In this document: positions 1 through 8,311 of the stretch, piece after piece
How positions within the stretch are numbered: the first letter of the stretch is position 1
How the letters are laid out: each line of letters starts with the position of its first letter
Source of the DNA: a virus
Taxonomy: Duplodnaviria > Heunggongvirae > Uroviricota > Caudoviricetes
Length of the DNA stretch: 29,568 bases
Direction: 5' to 3' (one strand)
Virus record (IMG/VR): IMGVR_UViG_3300032213_002044
Span: 64,770 to 94,337 of that record
Position numbers and translations under genes: made by a program
Notes under the pieces: generated by a model
Seen by the model: the letters and a program-made list of their open reading frames with translations, nothing else
Told to the model about the DNA's origin: nothing
Databases searched by the model: none

Positions 1-1
1 A

Positions 2-442
2 AGAAGTGTAAATTTACCATTCAGAGCATTTTATCTTAATACTGAAACTCCACTTCTCCTAATCAATCCAATTATTACAAAATATTCAAATGAAGCATTT
101 CAATCTACTGAAACTTCTGAATTTGATACTAATGGGAAATTTAGAATTGTAATTAGAGCATATTCAATTGAAGTTCAGACCGATAATTTAGGGTTGGTAG
201 TATTCAAAGGTGATATGGAAAATGAAAGAGAGGAATTGAATGAATGTATTTTTGCTCAACAAATGATTGACCTTTTAGATGGTATTACTGTTGCTGATAA
301 AAATATAAATCAACCTATTAAGGCACCAGTTCAATATGAAAGAAACCAAATAGTTATGGCTAAAGACCCTAATGGTAATATTGAGCAAATAAAATATAAA
401 CATATATCAAAGTATATGGAAAAGGGTTACGTTTTAATGTAA
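2..442 (+). CDS. Peptide deformylase-fold protein, 5'-truncated, active site degenerate (probable pseudo-enzyme)
   Basis: Frame +2 is open from base 2, extending the track ORF at 194: RSVNLPFRAFYLNTETPLLLINPIITKYSNEAFQSTETSEFDTNGKFRIVIRAYSIEVQTDNLG...ECIFAQQMIDLLDGI. It is colinear with PDF landmarks (xQV..R, LINP, EGCLS position, VxRA..V.V, QHExDHLxG), but the EGCLS position reads ETSEF and QHExDHLxG reads QQMIDLLDG. Confidence 0.75.
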   Translation, partial: RSVNLPFRAFYLNTETPLLLINPIITKYSNEAFQSTETSEFDTNGKFRIVIRAYSIEVQTDNLGLVVFKGDMENEREELNECIFAQQMIDLLDGITVADKNINQPIKAPVQYERNQIVMAKDPNGNIEQIKYKHISKYMEKGYVLM

Positions 443-443
443 T

Positions 444-707
444 ATGAAAATGAATCAAAAAGAATTAAACGATGTTCTAACTAATAAAATAGTAGAACAA
501 AGTAATCAGTTGATATCAATACAAATCTTATTATATTCATTAGTAGATTTGGTTATAGAAAAAGAATTGATTTCAAAGGAAGATTTAGAGGAGATGATAG
601 ATAGTAAAAAGGCTATCGTTGAACAATGGATATCATCGGAATTAAAAACTCATACTAAAGATGATTCTTCGTTTATGATGCATTACGGCAAACCAGGAGA
701 AGCTTAA
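444..707 (+). CDS. Hypothetical protein (87 aa, helical)
   Basis: ORF packs 1 nt after the upstream stop; no recognisable motif. Confidence 0.6.
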   Translation: MKMNQKELNDVLTNKIVEQSNQLISIQILLYSLVDLVIEKELISKEDLEEMIDSKKAIVEQWISSELKTHTKDDSSFMMHYGKPGEA

Positions 708-717
708 AATAAAATTT

Positions 718-972
718 ATGATAACACTAACAATAATAATGATATTTTTCATATTAACAACAATCGCAAGTGTGATAGGTATTTTAAATCTATTAAACAA
801 AGTTGATGCGTATGAAAATTTTATATTAGATAGACAGGCGGCATATGAATCTCTTTTACAAAGAATCAGAGATATAGATTATAAAGAAATTTTTGAAAAA
901 GATGATGAAGTTGGTGTTACATTCGATGATATCAAAAATGAGATAGAAGAATTTAAAAACATTATAGAATAA
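718..972 (+). CDS. Small membrane-anchored protein (N-terminal TM helix plus acidic coiled coil)
   Basis: N-terminal hydrophobic run ITLTIIMIFFILTTIASVIGIL followed by a charged helical tail; tight gene packing. Confidence 0.6.
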   Translation: MITLTIIMIFFILTTIASVIGILNLLNKVDAYENFILDRQAAYESLLQRIRDIDYKEIFEKDDEVGVTFDDIKNEIEEFKNIIE

Positions 973-973
973 G

Positions 974-1693
974 ATGCCGAGAAAACCAAAAACTCCTAAA
1001 AGTAAAATGTATTTCACTTTGGAGACGGAGGAAGCGATAATAGCTTACAATAAATCTGACAACCAAAGAGAAAAAAATACATTGTATGTAGAGAGAATTA
1101 AATACCCGTTTGAAAAAATAGCGGAAAACGTTTTGAATACTTATAAGTTTTCTTATTTTGATGATGGGCATGGAGATGTAAAAAGAGAAGTAGTATCTCA
1201 GATGATTTATAAAATCCACATGTTTCAGGAGGGTAAAGGTAAAGCATTTTCTTACTTTACTAGAATGGCATTGAACCATTTAATTCTACTAAATAATTCA
1301 AACTATAAAAGGTACAAGCAGAATGAATTGATGTCTGTAATGCCTGAAAGTTGGAATCCTTCAGAAGATTCATTAGCAATTGAAACTGATGCAACCCACA
1401 TTGAATTCAGAACACTTATGTTATCATATTGGGATGTAAAACTAAATGTGGTATTTGATAAGAAGAGAGATATACAAATTGCAGATGCTATATTAGAATT
1501 ATTTAGGAGAGTTGATTACATTGAGAATTTTAACAAAAAAAGTTTATATCTCTTAATAAGAGAAATGACAGGGCATAAAACACATTACATAACAAAGGTA
1601 ATTTCAACTATGAAAGTACATCAGGATAAAATCTTAGAAGAGTACTTAAACACAGGAGATATTACCGTAGAAGAAGATATTTTTTATAGATGA
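974..1693 (+). CDS. Phage RNA polymerase sigma factor, T4 gp55-like (probable late sigma)
   Basis: YF...TEEAIIAYN start, KIAENVLNTYKFSY, and KIHMFQEGKGKAFSYFTRMALNHLI resemble the sigma region 2 core of gp55 (HNFDE..KNPHAYITQACFNAF). Confidence 0.7.
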   Translation: MPRKPKTPKSKMYFTLETEEAIIAYNKSDNQREKNTLYVERIKYPFEKIAENVLNTYKFSYFDDGHGDVKREVVSQMIYKIHMFQEGKGKAFSYFTRMALNHLILLNNSNYKRYKQNELMSVMPESWNPSEDSLAIETDATHIEFRTLMLSYWDVKLNVVFDKKRDIQIADAILELFRRVDYIENFNKKSLYLLIREMTGHKTHYITKVISTMKVHQDKILEEYLNTGDITVEEDIFYR

Positions 1694-3375
1694 TACAAAT
1701 AGGAATAAGTTGTTATTATCATGATTCATCAGCCTGTTTAATTAAGGATGGTAAAGTGATATTAGCGGTAGAGGAGGAAAGATTTAGTGGGATAAAACAT
1801 GATAGTTCATTTCCAGAAAAATCAATTAAGTGGATTATTAAAGAATCCAGATTTAGTTTTGAAGATATTGAAGAGGTTTGTTTTTATGAGAAACCTTTAG
1901 TTAAAACACATAGAGTTGTAACAAATTGTTTGAAGAATTTCCAAATCGTAGATGCATTTAAATTTGGAGCAAAAGGAATCAAACAATATTTTAATTTGGT
2001 GAAGAAGCTAAAATGGATGTTTTCTAAAGCCCAAATTAAATTCACATCACATCACGATTCACACATTGGGTATTCATATTTAACTTCTCCATATAGAGAA
2101 GCGGCGATATTAAGTATTGATGGTGTTGGTGAATGGGATACGACAGTTTTAGCATATGGAAATGGAAATAGTTGGGAAACATTAGAGGCTACAAAATTTC
2201 CACATTCATTGGGAATGTTATATTCTACATTTACTGCGTTCTTAGGATTTAAACCTAATGAAGGAGAATATAAAGTAATGGGATTAGCACCATATGGTAA
2301 CCCAAAAACATTTTCACATAAATTCAGAGAAATTATTTATCCTTCTAAGAAAGGTGGATACACATTGAATATGAAAATGTTTCAATATGATAAAAGTGAC
2401 GAGGTGATGTTCACTTCAGAGTTATCAAAACACTTAGGAATCTTGCCTCGTTTACCGGAGGAGGAGATTACACAACAACATAAGGATTTAGCAGCGGCAG
2501 TACAATTCATTTATGAGATGTACTTTTTTCGTTTATTAAAAGATTTACATCGTAAAACAAAATGTGATAATTTAGTATTGGGAGGAGGATGCGCATACAA
2601 TGGAACTGCTAACGGAAAGATTTCAAAAAAGACAGGATTTAAAAATGTATGGATACCAAATGCACCATCTGATGCAGGTTCTTCAATTGGAGCATGTTTA
2701 ATATCATATTATAATAGTACACACCCACATAGAATTGATAATACGAATCCTTATTTGGGCCCAAAATATTTGAGTGATGTGGTTAAAAAAGAATTACAAA
2801 ATTACAATAAAAAATTAATATATAATAAACTATCCGATGATGAAATTATTTCAGTTGTTGCAAATGCAATATCAAATGGTAAAGTTGTGGCTTGGCTCGA
2901 AGGTAGATTGGAGTTTGGTGCTAGAGCCCTTGGGCATCGTTCTATTTTGGCTGACCCTACAAATGGGGAAATGAAAAGTAGAATAAATAAGATAGTAAAA
3001 AAGAGAGAAGGGTTTAGGCCATTCGCACCAATTGTAAAGTTGGAAGATGTTTCTACATATTTTGAATGGGATAAATCAGTTCCATATATGAATCAAATAG
3101 TAGGTGTTAAAAAAGAATATAGAGATATGTTACCTGCGATTACTCATGTTGATGGAACTGCTAGAATACAAACTTTAAATAGAGAAGATTGTGTTAGAAT
3201 ATATGATTTACTTACTGAATTAGAAAAACAAAACGAATACCCAATAGTTCTTAATACATCATTCAATATTAAAGACCAAACAATGATTAGAGACCCCAAA
3301 ACTGCAATAGATACATTTTTGGATGTTGAATTGGATATGTTAGTAATAGAGGATTATGTTATAACTAAGAAATGA
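1690..3375 (+). CDS. Carbamoyltransferase, NodU/CmcH/TobZ family
   Basis: Full motif set: HDSSACL, EEERFSGIKH, HHDSH, IDGVGE, EYKVMGLAPYG, GGCAYN, SDAGSSIGA, GRLEFGARALGHRSILADP, REGFRPFAP, HVDGTARIQT, LNTSFN. Confidence 0.95.
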   Translation: MIQIGISCYYHDSSACLIKDGKVILAVEEERFSGIKHDSSFPEKSIKWIIKESRFSFEDIEEVCFYEKPLVKTHRVVTNCLKNFQIVDAFKFGAKGIKQYFNLVKKLKWMFSKAQIKFTSHHDSHIGYSYLTSPYREAAILSIDGVGEWDTTVLAYGNGNSWETLEATKFPHSLGMLYSTFTAFLGFKPNEGEYKVMGLAPYGNPKTFSHKFREIIYPSKKGGYTLNMKMFQYDKSDEVMFTSELSKHLGILPRLPEEEITQQHKDLAAAVQFIYEMYFFRLLKDLHRKTKCDNLVLGGGCAYNGTANGKISKKTGFKNVWIPNAPSDAGSSIGACLISYYNSTHPHRIDNTNPYLGPKYLSDVVKKELQNYNKKLIYNKLSDDEIISVVANAISNGKVVAWLEGRLEFGARALGHRSILADPTNGEMKSRINKIVKKREGFRPFAPIVKLEDVSTYFEWDKSVPYMNQIVGVKKEYRDMLPAITHVDGTARIQTLNREDCVRIYDLLTELEKQNEYPIVLNTSFNIKDQTMIRDPKTAIDTFLDVELDMLVIEDYVITKK

Positions 3376-4154
3376 AACGAATAGTTGCATACGGAGATAG
3401 TTGGACAGTTGGAGAGGGATGTAATCGAGAAATTGAGGATACCCTCTCTAAACACGAAAAGATAATCTATCAAAAAGAAAATAGTTGGGTTAAACACTTA
3501 AGTGATAAATTGGGGTTACCTTATCAAAATAATGGGATAAGTGGCAACCCCAATAATGTTATATTCAATCAAATAGTAGATGATATAAAAAGTGGTGAAA
3601 CAACTAAGAATGATTTAGTAATCATAATGTGGAGTTCATCCTTAAGAGATTACTTACCATTTTTTCCAAAGGGGCCAAAAGGTGAGTGGTTAAGTTGGAG
3701 TACGAAACATCTTATGGAAACTCCTGATAGATTCTTTACTTCAACCCAAACACAAAATAGATATTATGATTTCTTTATGGAGGATTATAAGAAATTCTAT
3801 TTACTTAACCTATATAACGAAAATTATTATAGTATAGTTAACCAAAATTACATAGTATTTTTACAGGAATTTTTTAAACACTATAAGATATCTCACATCT
3901 TTATAGATGGTATAGAAGATATGTTTATGGGTATTCTACCTCACTATGATAAGACGGATTTGATAGATGGTAGAGTTTATTGGGAATTCAGAAAACAAAC
4001 CGCTAGGGGGTATTTAAATACGTTTAATAGGGTTGATTTATGGGAACATACAGAACGATGGGATACTCGTGGAACACAACACCCTAATTCGGAAGGATAC
4101 CAATTACTATCTGATGAATTCTATAAATTTATCGATACACAAAAAATTATTTAA
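3372..4154 (+). CDS. SGNH/GDSL hydrolase-like protein (paralog 1)
   Basis: Block I AYGDSWT, block II GISGNPN, non-canonical block III WSSSLRD, block V TQHPNSEGY. Confidence 0.7.
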   Translation: MKRIVAYGDSWTVGEGCNREIEDTLSKHEKIIYQKENSWVKHLSDKLGLPYQNNGISGNPNNVIFNQIVDDIKSGETTKNDLVIIMWSSSLRDYLPFFPKGPKGEWLSWSTKHLMETPDRFFTSTQTQNRYYDFFMEDYKKFYLLNLYNENYYSIVNQNYIVFLQEFFKHYKISHIFIDGIEDMFMGILPHYDKTDLIDGRVYWEFRKQTARGYLNTFNRVDLWEHTERWDTRGTQHPNSEGYQLLSDEFYKFIDTQKII

Positions 4155-4158
4155 TAAG

Positions 4159-4166
4159 GTATTTAT
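4159..4166 (+). promoter_or_regulatory. Candidate late-promoter motif (GTATTTAT)
   Basis: Intergenic TATTTAT 4 nt before ATG 4171; the same core recurs before 7389, 19326, 21318 and 22899. Confidence 0.4.
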
Positions 4167-4170
4167 TAGT

Positions 4171-4602
4171 ATGGCAAAACAACAATCTACAGATTTTGTA
4201 ATGTTTGGGGAAAAGAAGTTATCTGACTTATTCGGTGAGATATATTCTAACCAACATTCAAAAAAACAGAAAATAAGTGATTTGATTGAGGAATTCAAAA
4301 AACAAATCAGACATGCAGGTGATATAGCATCTATTGGACCGGTTATCAAAGATTTGGTTAAGTTCTCAGTAGAGAATGATGATATATTGATTAGATTAGC
4401 AACAATTGGACAAAGATTCGTTGCTATGGAATACAAAGGAATTAACGATGGAGGATTATTATCCGACAAAGAAAAAGAAGAGTTGCTGGGTGAATTGGAG
4501 AAGATTTCAAAAGACGTTCAAGCTAAAACTATGGATAAAGTAGATGATATTGAATATGAATTGGAAGAAATCCAAAGGAAACTTGAACAAACCAAAAAAT
4601 AA
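4171..4602 (+). CDS. Hypothetical helical/coiled-coil protein (143 aa); start revised from 4033 to 4171
   Basis: The track start at 4033 overlaps the SGNH gene by 120 nt; ATG 4171 (MAKQQSTDF) follows the upstream stop and the TATTTAT motif. Confidence 0.7.
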   Translation: MAKQQSTDFVMFGEKKLSDLFGEIYSNQHSKKQKISDLIEEFKKQIRHAGDIASIGPVIKDLVKFSVENDDILIRLATIGQRFVAMEYKGINDGGLLSDKEKEELLGELEKISKDVQAKTMDKVDDIEYELEEIQRKLEQTKK

Positions 4603-5840
4603 TGGCAGATTTATTAAGCACAAAGAGTGAATATAGAGTAAGCGCAAGTTCCAACAATGTACAAAGTAAACCAACAACTTATTTAGGAGTTGTTGAGAAA
4701 GTGTACCTTTCAATTGAAAAAGATGCGACTGGTAATAATATAATTCCAGGTTCAATATCCGTAAAGGGATTGGGTCTTAATAATAAAGGTATTGCAAAAA
4801 CGGCATACCCAATTGATGAAATGTGTTTAACCGTGCCGATGGTAGGTGAGATAGTTGAAGTATTTAATGATTCAAACGTACCTTCCTATAGGAGATTCAA
4901 TTTCAACGACTCTATCAGTTCAAGTGTAATGAAGGGTAGACAGGGATTGGCAAAATCTCCTCTTACTGATATAAGCTCATTTAAATCATTGGCATTATCA
5001 GGTGGAAGTGCATTGGCAGGATTAACGGGTGGCAAGCCAGCTAAAAGATTAAAATTATACGAAGGAGATACTGTTATTCAATCTAGATATGGTCAATCAA
5101 TTCGAATGAGTAGTGGTGCTGGTAGTGGTAGTCCAATTTTGATTATAAGAAATGGAGAAGCTAAAAAAGGATTATTAGGAGGAATTGTGTCGGGAATATT
5201 AGGAGGAGGTGAGGTAGAAGAGGATATAAATAAAGATGGTTCTTCCATTGCAATAAGTAGTGGAAATTATACATCACCATTTTCACCTGGAACACCTCTG
5301 CCGATTGTAGGAACTACTAATTTTAAGATGAACCCACAGAAAGCAATCCCTTTACCAGGATTTTTACCCAAAAAATCTTACGGGTTTGAAAATTATCCTC
5401 CAGCATTAGATGGTAATCAGATTATAATATCATCCGATAGATTAGTTTTTTCATCTAGAATAAATGAAATGATATTTTGGTCTAAAGGTCATTATGGTGT
5501 AATTACCGATGGAATTTTTTCCGTTGATACTGAGTTAGGGGCAAACATAAACTCAAAAGGTAATATCGATATTCAAGCTCCAGATAAATTTATTACTTTA
5601 TATGTAGGAAACGCTGGAAAGATACGATTGGGTGATATACGAGTACAACCAGCGGTATTAGGTGAATCATTAGTAAATATTTTAAAGGAAATAATAACTG
5701 AAATGGAAAACCTTAAAGCAGGTGGTTTACTTACACCAGCAGGACCTGTTAGTGGTATGAATCCAGAAATGGAAAAAAAACTTGAGCAAATTAGAGGCAG
5801 GTTAGATTCAATATTATCAAAAAAAGTTGGGGTAGCTTAA
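4602..5840 (+). CDS. Baseplate hub/central spike protein (T4 gp5 / P2 gpV-like), no internal lysozyme evident
   Basis: N-terminal OB-fold-like segment (LGVVEKV...AYPID...VPMVGEIVEV), YEGDTVIQSRYGQSIRMS, beta-repeat C-terminus (GNQIIISSDRLVF...NINSKGNIDI), QPAVLGESLVNIL; heads the baseplate gene cluster. Confidence 0.65.
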   Translation: MADLLSTKSEYRVSASSNNVQSKPTTYLGVVEKVYLSIEKDATGNNIIPGSISVKGLGLNNKGIAKTAYPIDEMCLTVPMVGEIVEVFNDSNVPSYRRFNFNDSISSSVMKGRQGLAKSPLTDISSFKSLALSGGSALAGLTGGKPAKRLKLYEGDTVIQSRYGQSIRMSSGAGSGSPILIIRNGEAKKGLLGGIVSGILGGGEVEEDINKDGSSIAISSGNYTSPFSPGTPLPIVGTTNFKMNPQKAIPLPGFLPKKSYGFENYPPALDGNQIIISSDRLVFSSRINEMIFWSKGHYGVITDGIFSVDTELGANINSKGNIDIQAPDKFITLYVGNAGKIRLGDIRVQPAVLGESLVNILKEIITEMENLKAGGLLTPAGPVSGMNPEMEKKLEQIRGRLDSILSKKVGVA

Positions 5841-5853
5841 TAAATTTTAATAT

Positions 5854-7341
5854 ATGCCAGGTTGGGAAGGATTTAAAACACAAATAAGGGCTGTAATGGA
5901 ATCATATCCATTAGATTATGATGTGTTACCCAAACAATTGGCAATAGCATATGATATGGCAATGAAAGTACCACCTGCAGGTGATTTGGTAGCCGGTAAC
6001 CCGGTTTTAGCAGGTAATGTTGCAGGAATGGAGGCAATGTTTAAAATTGTATTTTTACAACAAGCCACATCACCTGAACAATTAGATTTAATTAAACTTT
6101 TATCAACTGGATTTGTAACCTATTGGACAGGTGCAACTCTTGCTCCAATGAAACCACTTGCACTTGTTCCACCGGGATATACACCTCCATCGTTATCAGT
6201 ATTAAGTATATTATGTACCAATCCAGGAACAACCGCACAGATACCTACTTTTATTTATAAAGGAGAACCTAATGTAGATACCTTTATAAATAATTTCATT
6301 ACCGCCGCGGATATACATTTGCGAACCGTAAGTGGAATATTTAATGTAATGGCAATGTTGGGGGCACCACCTGCTGCTGTACTTACTCCCGGTATAGTAA
6401 ATTGGTTAGGATTTACTACAAATGCGAGTGCTGCAATTTTATCAAATCAATTATCATTTGATAGTGCTTTCTTAGCATTAGGATTAGGAGATAGGCCTGA
6501 TTTATTAGGAAATGCCGATGCTATTGTTGCAGCTTACAATGCTACAGCAGCTGGAGATGGTTCTGGAGGAGGAGAAGGTGATTTAACTATATCTAAAAGG
6601 CCGATAACAGACGAACCGTTGACATTCTTAGAAGCGGCTATACAAATTATTGCTACGGTTGAAGGAGGTTATGGAAATCCTGCAATGGTTGTAGACCATC
6701 CTTATAATGTTCCTGGACATAAACACTATAGAGCAAGTACACGAACACCCTTTATCAAAGATAAGAGATATCACAAAAGTGGTGAAACTATGTTTGGATT
6801 GGATAGAATCGCTGGAAATATTGAAAAAAACAACCCAACAGATGGCGTAGAATTTTTTAGATTAATCGATGCTCAGAACGCATGGGATAATTGGTCATAT
6901 AATTATATACCACCTGACCCACTAAAATCTCAATTAGTACTATTAGCAGCAAAAATAATGAAGGTTAGTTTTGATAGAAATATGAAGAATTTTGTTAAAA
7001 ATGAAGAATTAAAAGCATTGATTCCAACGAATGGTAAGCTTATGTGGAATTTCGCATATGCTACTTGGAATGGCCCTGGTTGGTTCGAAGGATTTGGCAA
7101 ACGTTTAGTGGATGTGTATGAAAAAGGAATGAAAGACCCTAAAGATTTGGCTGAATATTTTGTTAATTTAAGGATAAATAACGAAGGATTGATTGGAAAT
7201 AAGATAGGTGGTAGCGCTTATTCTCTTATTAGACAGGGTGGATTTAAGATAGCTAGTAAATTGGGTATAACCCCAACAAGTACAACTGAAGCGTGGGTTG
7301 CTCAGGTACAAACTAAATTAAGTACTACAATATCAGCTTAA
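5854..7341 (+). CDS. Two-domain virion protein: unknown N-domain plus C-terminal GH108-like lysozyme-fold peptidoglycan hydrolase
   Basis: Gly linker AAGDGSGGGEGD, then VEGGY (EGGY at 6661) and SGETMFGLDR (GETMFG at 6781), matching the GH108 EGGY...GGxTxxGI pattern; lies between the spike gene and gp25. Confidence 0.6.
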   Translation: MPGWEGFKTQIRAVMESYPLDYDVLPKQLAIAYDMAMKVPPAGDLVAGNPVLAGNVAGMEAMFKIVFLQQATSPEQLDLIKLLSTGFVTYWTGATLAPMKPLALVPPGYTPPSLSVLSILCTNPGTTAQIPTFIYKGEPNVDTFINNFITAADIHLRTVSGIFNVMAMLGAPPAAVLTPGIVNWLGFTTNASAAILSNQLSFDSAFLALGLGDRPDLLGNADAIVAAYNATAAGDGSGGGEGDLTISKRPITDEPLTFLEAAIQIIATVEGGYGNPAMVVDHPYNVPGHKHYRASTRTPFIKDKRYHKSGETMFGLDRIAGNIEKNNPTDGVEFFRLIDAQNAWDNWSYNYIPPDPLKSQLVLLAAKIMKVSFDRNMKNFVKNEELKALIPTNGKLMWNFAYATWNGPGWFEGFGKRLVDVYEKGMKDPKDLAEYFVNLRINNEGLIGNKIGGSAYSLIRQGGFKIASKLGITPTSTTEAWVAQVQTKLSTTISA

Positions 7342-7362
7342 TTTTACCAAATAATAAAAGCA

Positions 7363-7376
7363 AATATTTATATAAA
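7363..7376 (+). promoter_or_regulatory. Candidate late-promoter motif AATATTTATATAAA
   Basis: 14-nt sequence identical to 22873-22886; in both cases it starts 26 nt before the ATG. Confidence 0.55.
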
Positions 7377-7388
7377 CAATAACAATGT

Positions 7389-7880
7389 ATGGACACGAAC
7401 AAACTATTTAAAGCAATTCAAATAATCGTTCAGGAGGAAGTAAAAAAAGAAATTTCTCTTATCAAAGAAGAAATAAGAAAAGAAGTATTAGCAGAGGTTA
7501 AGAAAACACAACCTGCTAAACAACAATCTTCTCTTAAATCATTGGTGGAGGAAAGTGCTGACCCGTTCGATTTAGCTAACAAAATTTTAAGCAGAGATAG
7601 AGAATCTCAGCCTGAACAAAAGAATTATGTTAAGAACCCAATGTTAAATCAGGTTCTTAATGAAACTGCAATGGCAGGAATTAGACCTAATTTTTCTAGA
7701 ACAGATGGTGAGTATGGTACTATAACTCCAGAAATGATTGGATATGGTAATCCACAAATGGGTATGCAACCACAGTATGCTAATCCATCTGCTCCAATCA
7801 GTACCGGAAATGATATATTAGATAAAGCAATCGCAAGAAGTGCTAAGGTTTTGGCGGCAAGTAAAGATAAAAATAGATAA
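7389..7880 (+). CDS. Hypothetical protein (163 aa)
   Basis: N-terminal coiled coil (IIVQEEVKKEISLIKEEIRKEVL), internal KNPMLNQVLNETA; stop overlaps the gp25 start. Confidence 0.65.
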   Translation: MDTNKLFKAIQIIVQEEVKKEISLIKEEIRKEVLAEVKKTQPAKQQSSLKSLVEESADPFDLANKILSRDRESQPEQKNYVKNPMLNQVLNETAMAGIRPNFSRTDGEYGTITPEMIGYGNPQMGMQPQYANPSAPISTGNDILDKAIARSAKVLAASKDKNR

Positions 7881-8311
7881 TGGCAATAATAACTGGCCCT
7901 AAGTTGGTAAAAGACCTGCCCGAAAGGGATAGGGTAGCAATAGGAATCACTCTTCCATTACAAAAGGGGAATGGTGGTTATTTTGCTCAATCATACCAAA
8001 CTTCTGAGCAAGTTAAATCCAATATAAAAAATTTAATCTTAACCCGAAAGGGTGAAAGATTAATGCATCCCACTTTTGGTACGGATTTGTATAATACTCT
8101 ATTTAACCAAAATACGGATGATTTAGAATCAGAAATTGAACGTTCTATTGATAGAGCTATTCAAGAATGGATGCCGTATATATCAATTGATGAAATATTG
8201 GTAGACCAATCAAACACAAATAGAGATACCTATTTCTTTACGGTTACATTGAATTTTAGAGTTGCTGGACAACAAAATTTAGAAACGGTAACATTTAATA
8301 TAAATGAATAA
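7880..8311 (+). CDS. Baseplate wedge subunit, gp25/gpW family
   Basis: QVKSNIKNLILTRKGERLMHPTFGTDLYNTLF is the GPW_gp25 signature; 143 aa. Confidence 0.9.
   Translation: MAIITGPKLVKDLPERDRVAIGITLPLQKGNGGYFAQSYQTSEQVKSNIKNLILTRKGERLMHPTFGTDLYNTLFNQNTDDLESEIERSIDRAIQEWMPYISIDEILVDQSNTNRDTYFFTVTLNFRVAGQQNLETVTFNINE

Noticed and set aside
4033-4170. N-terminal extension of the 4033-4602 ORF
   Set aside because: Overlaps the SGNH gene by 120 nt; ATG 4171 fits the gene packing and the upstream motif.
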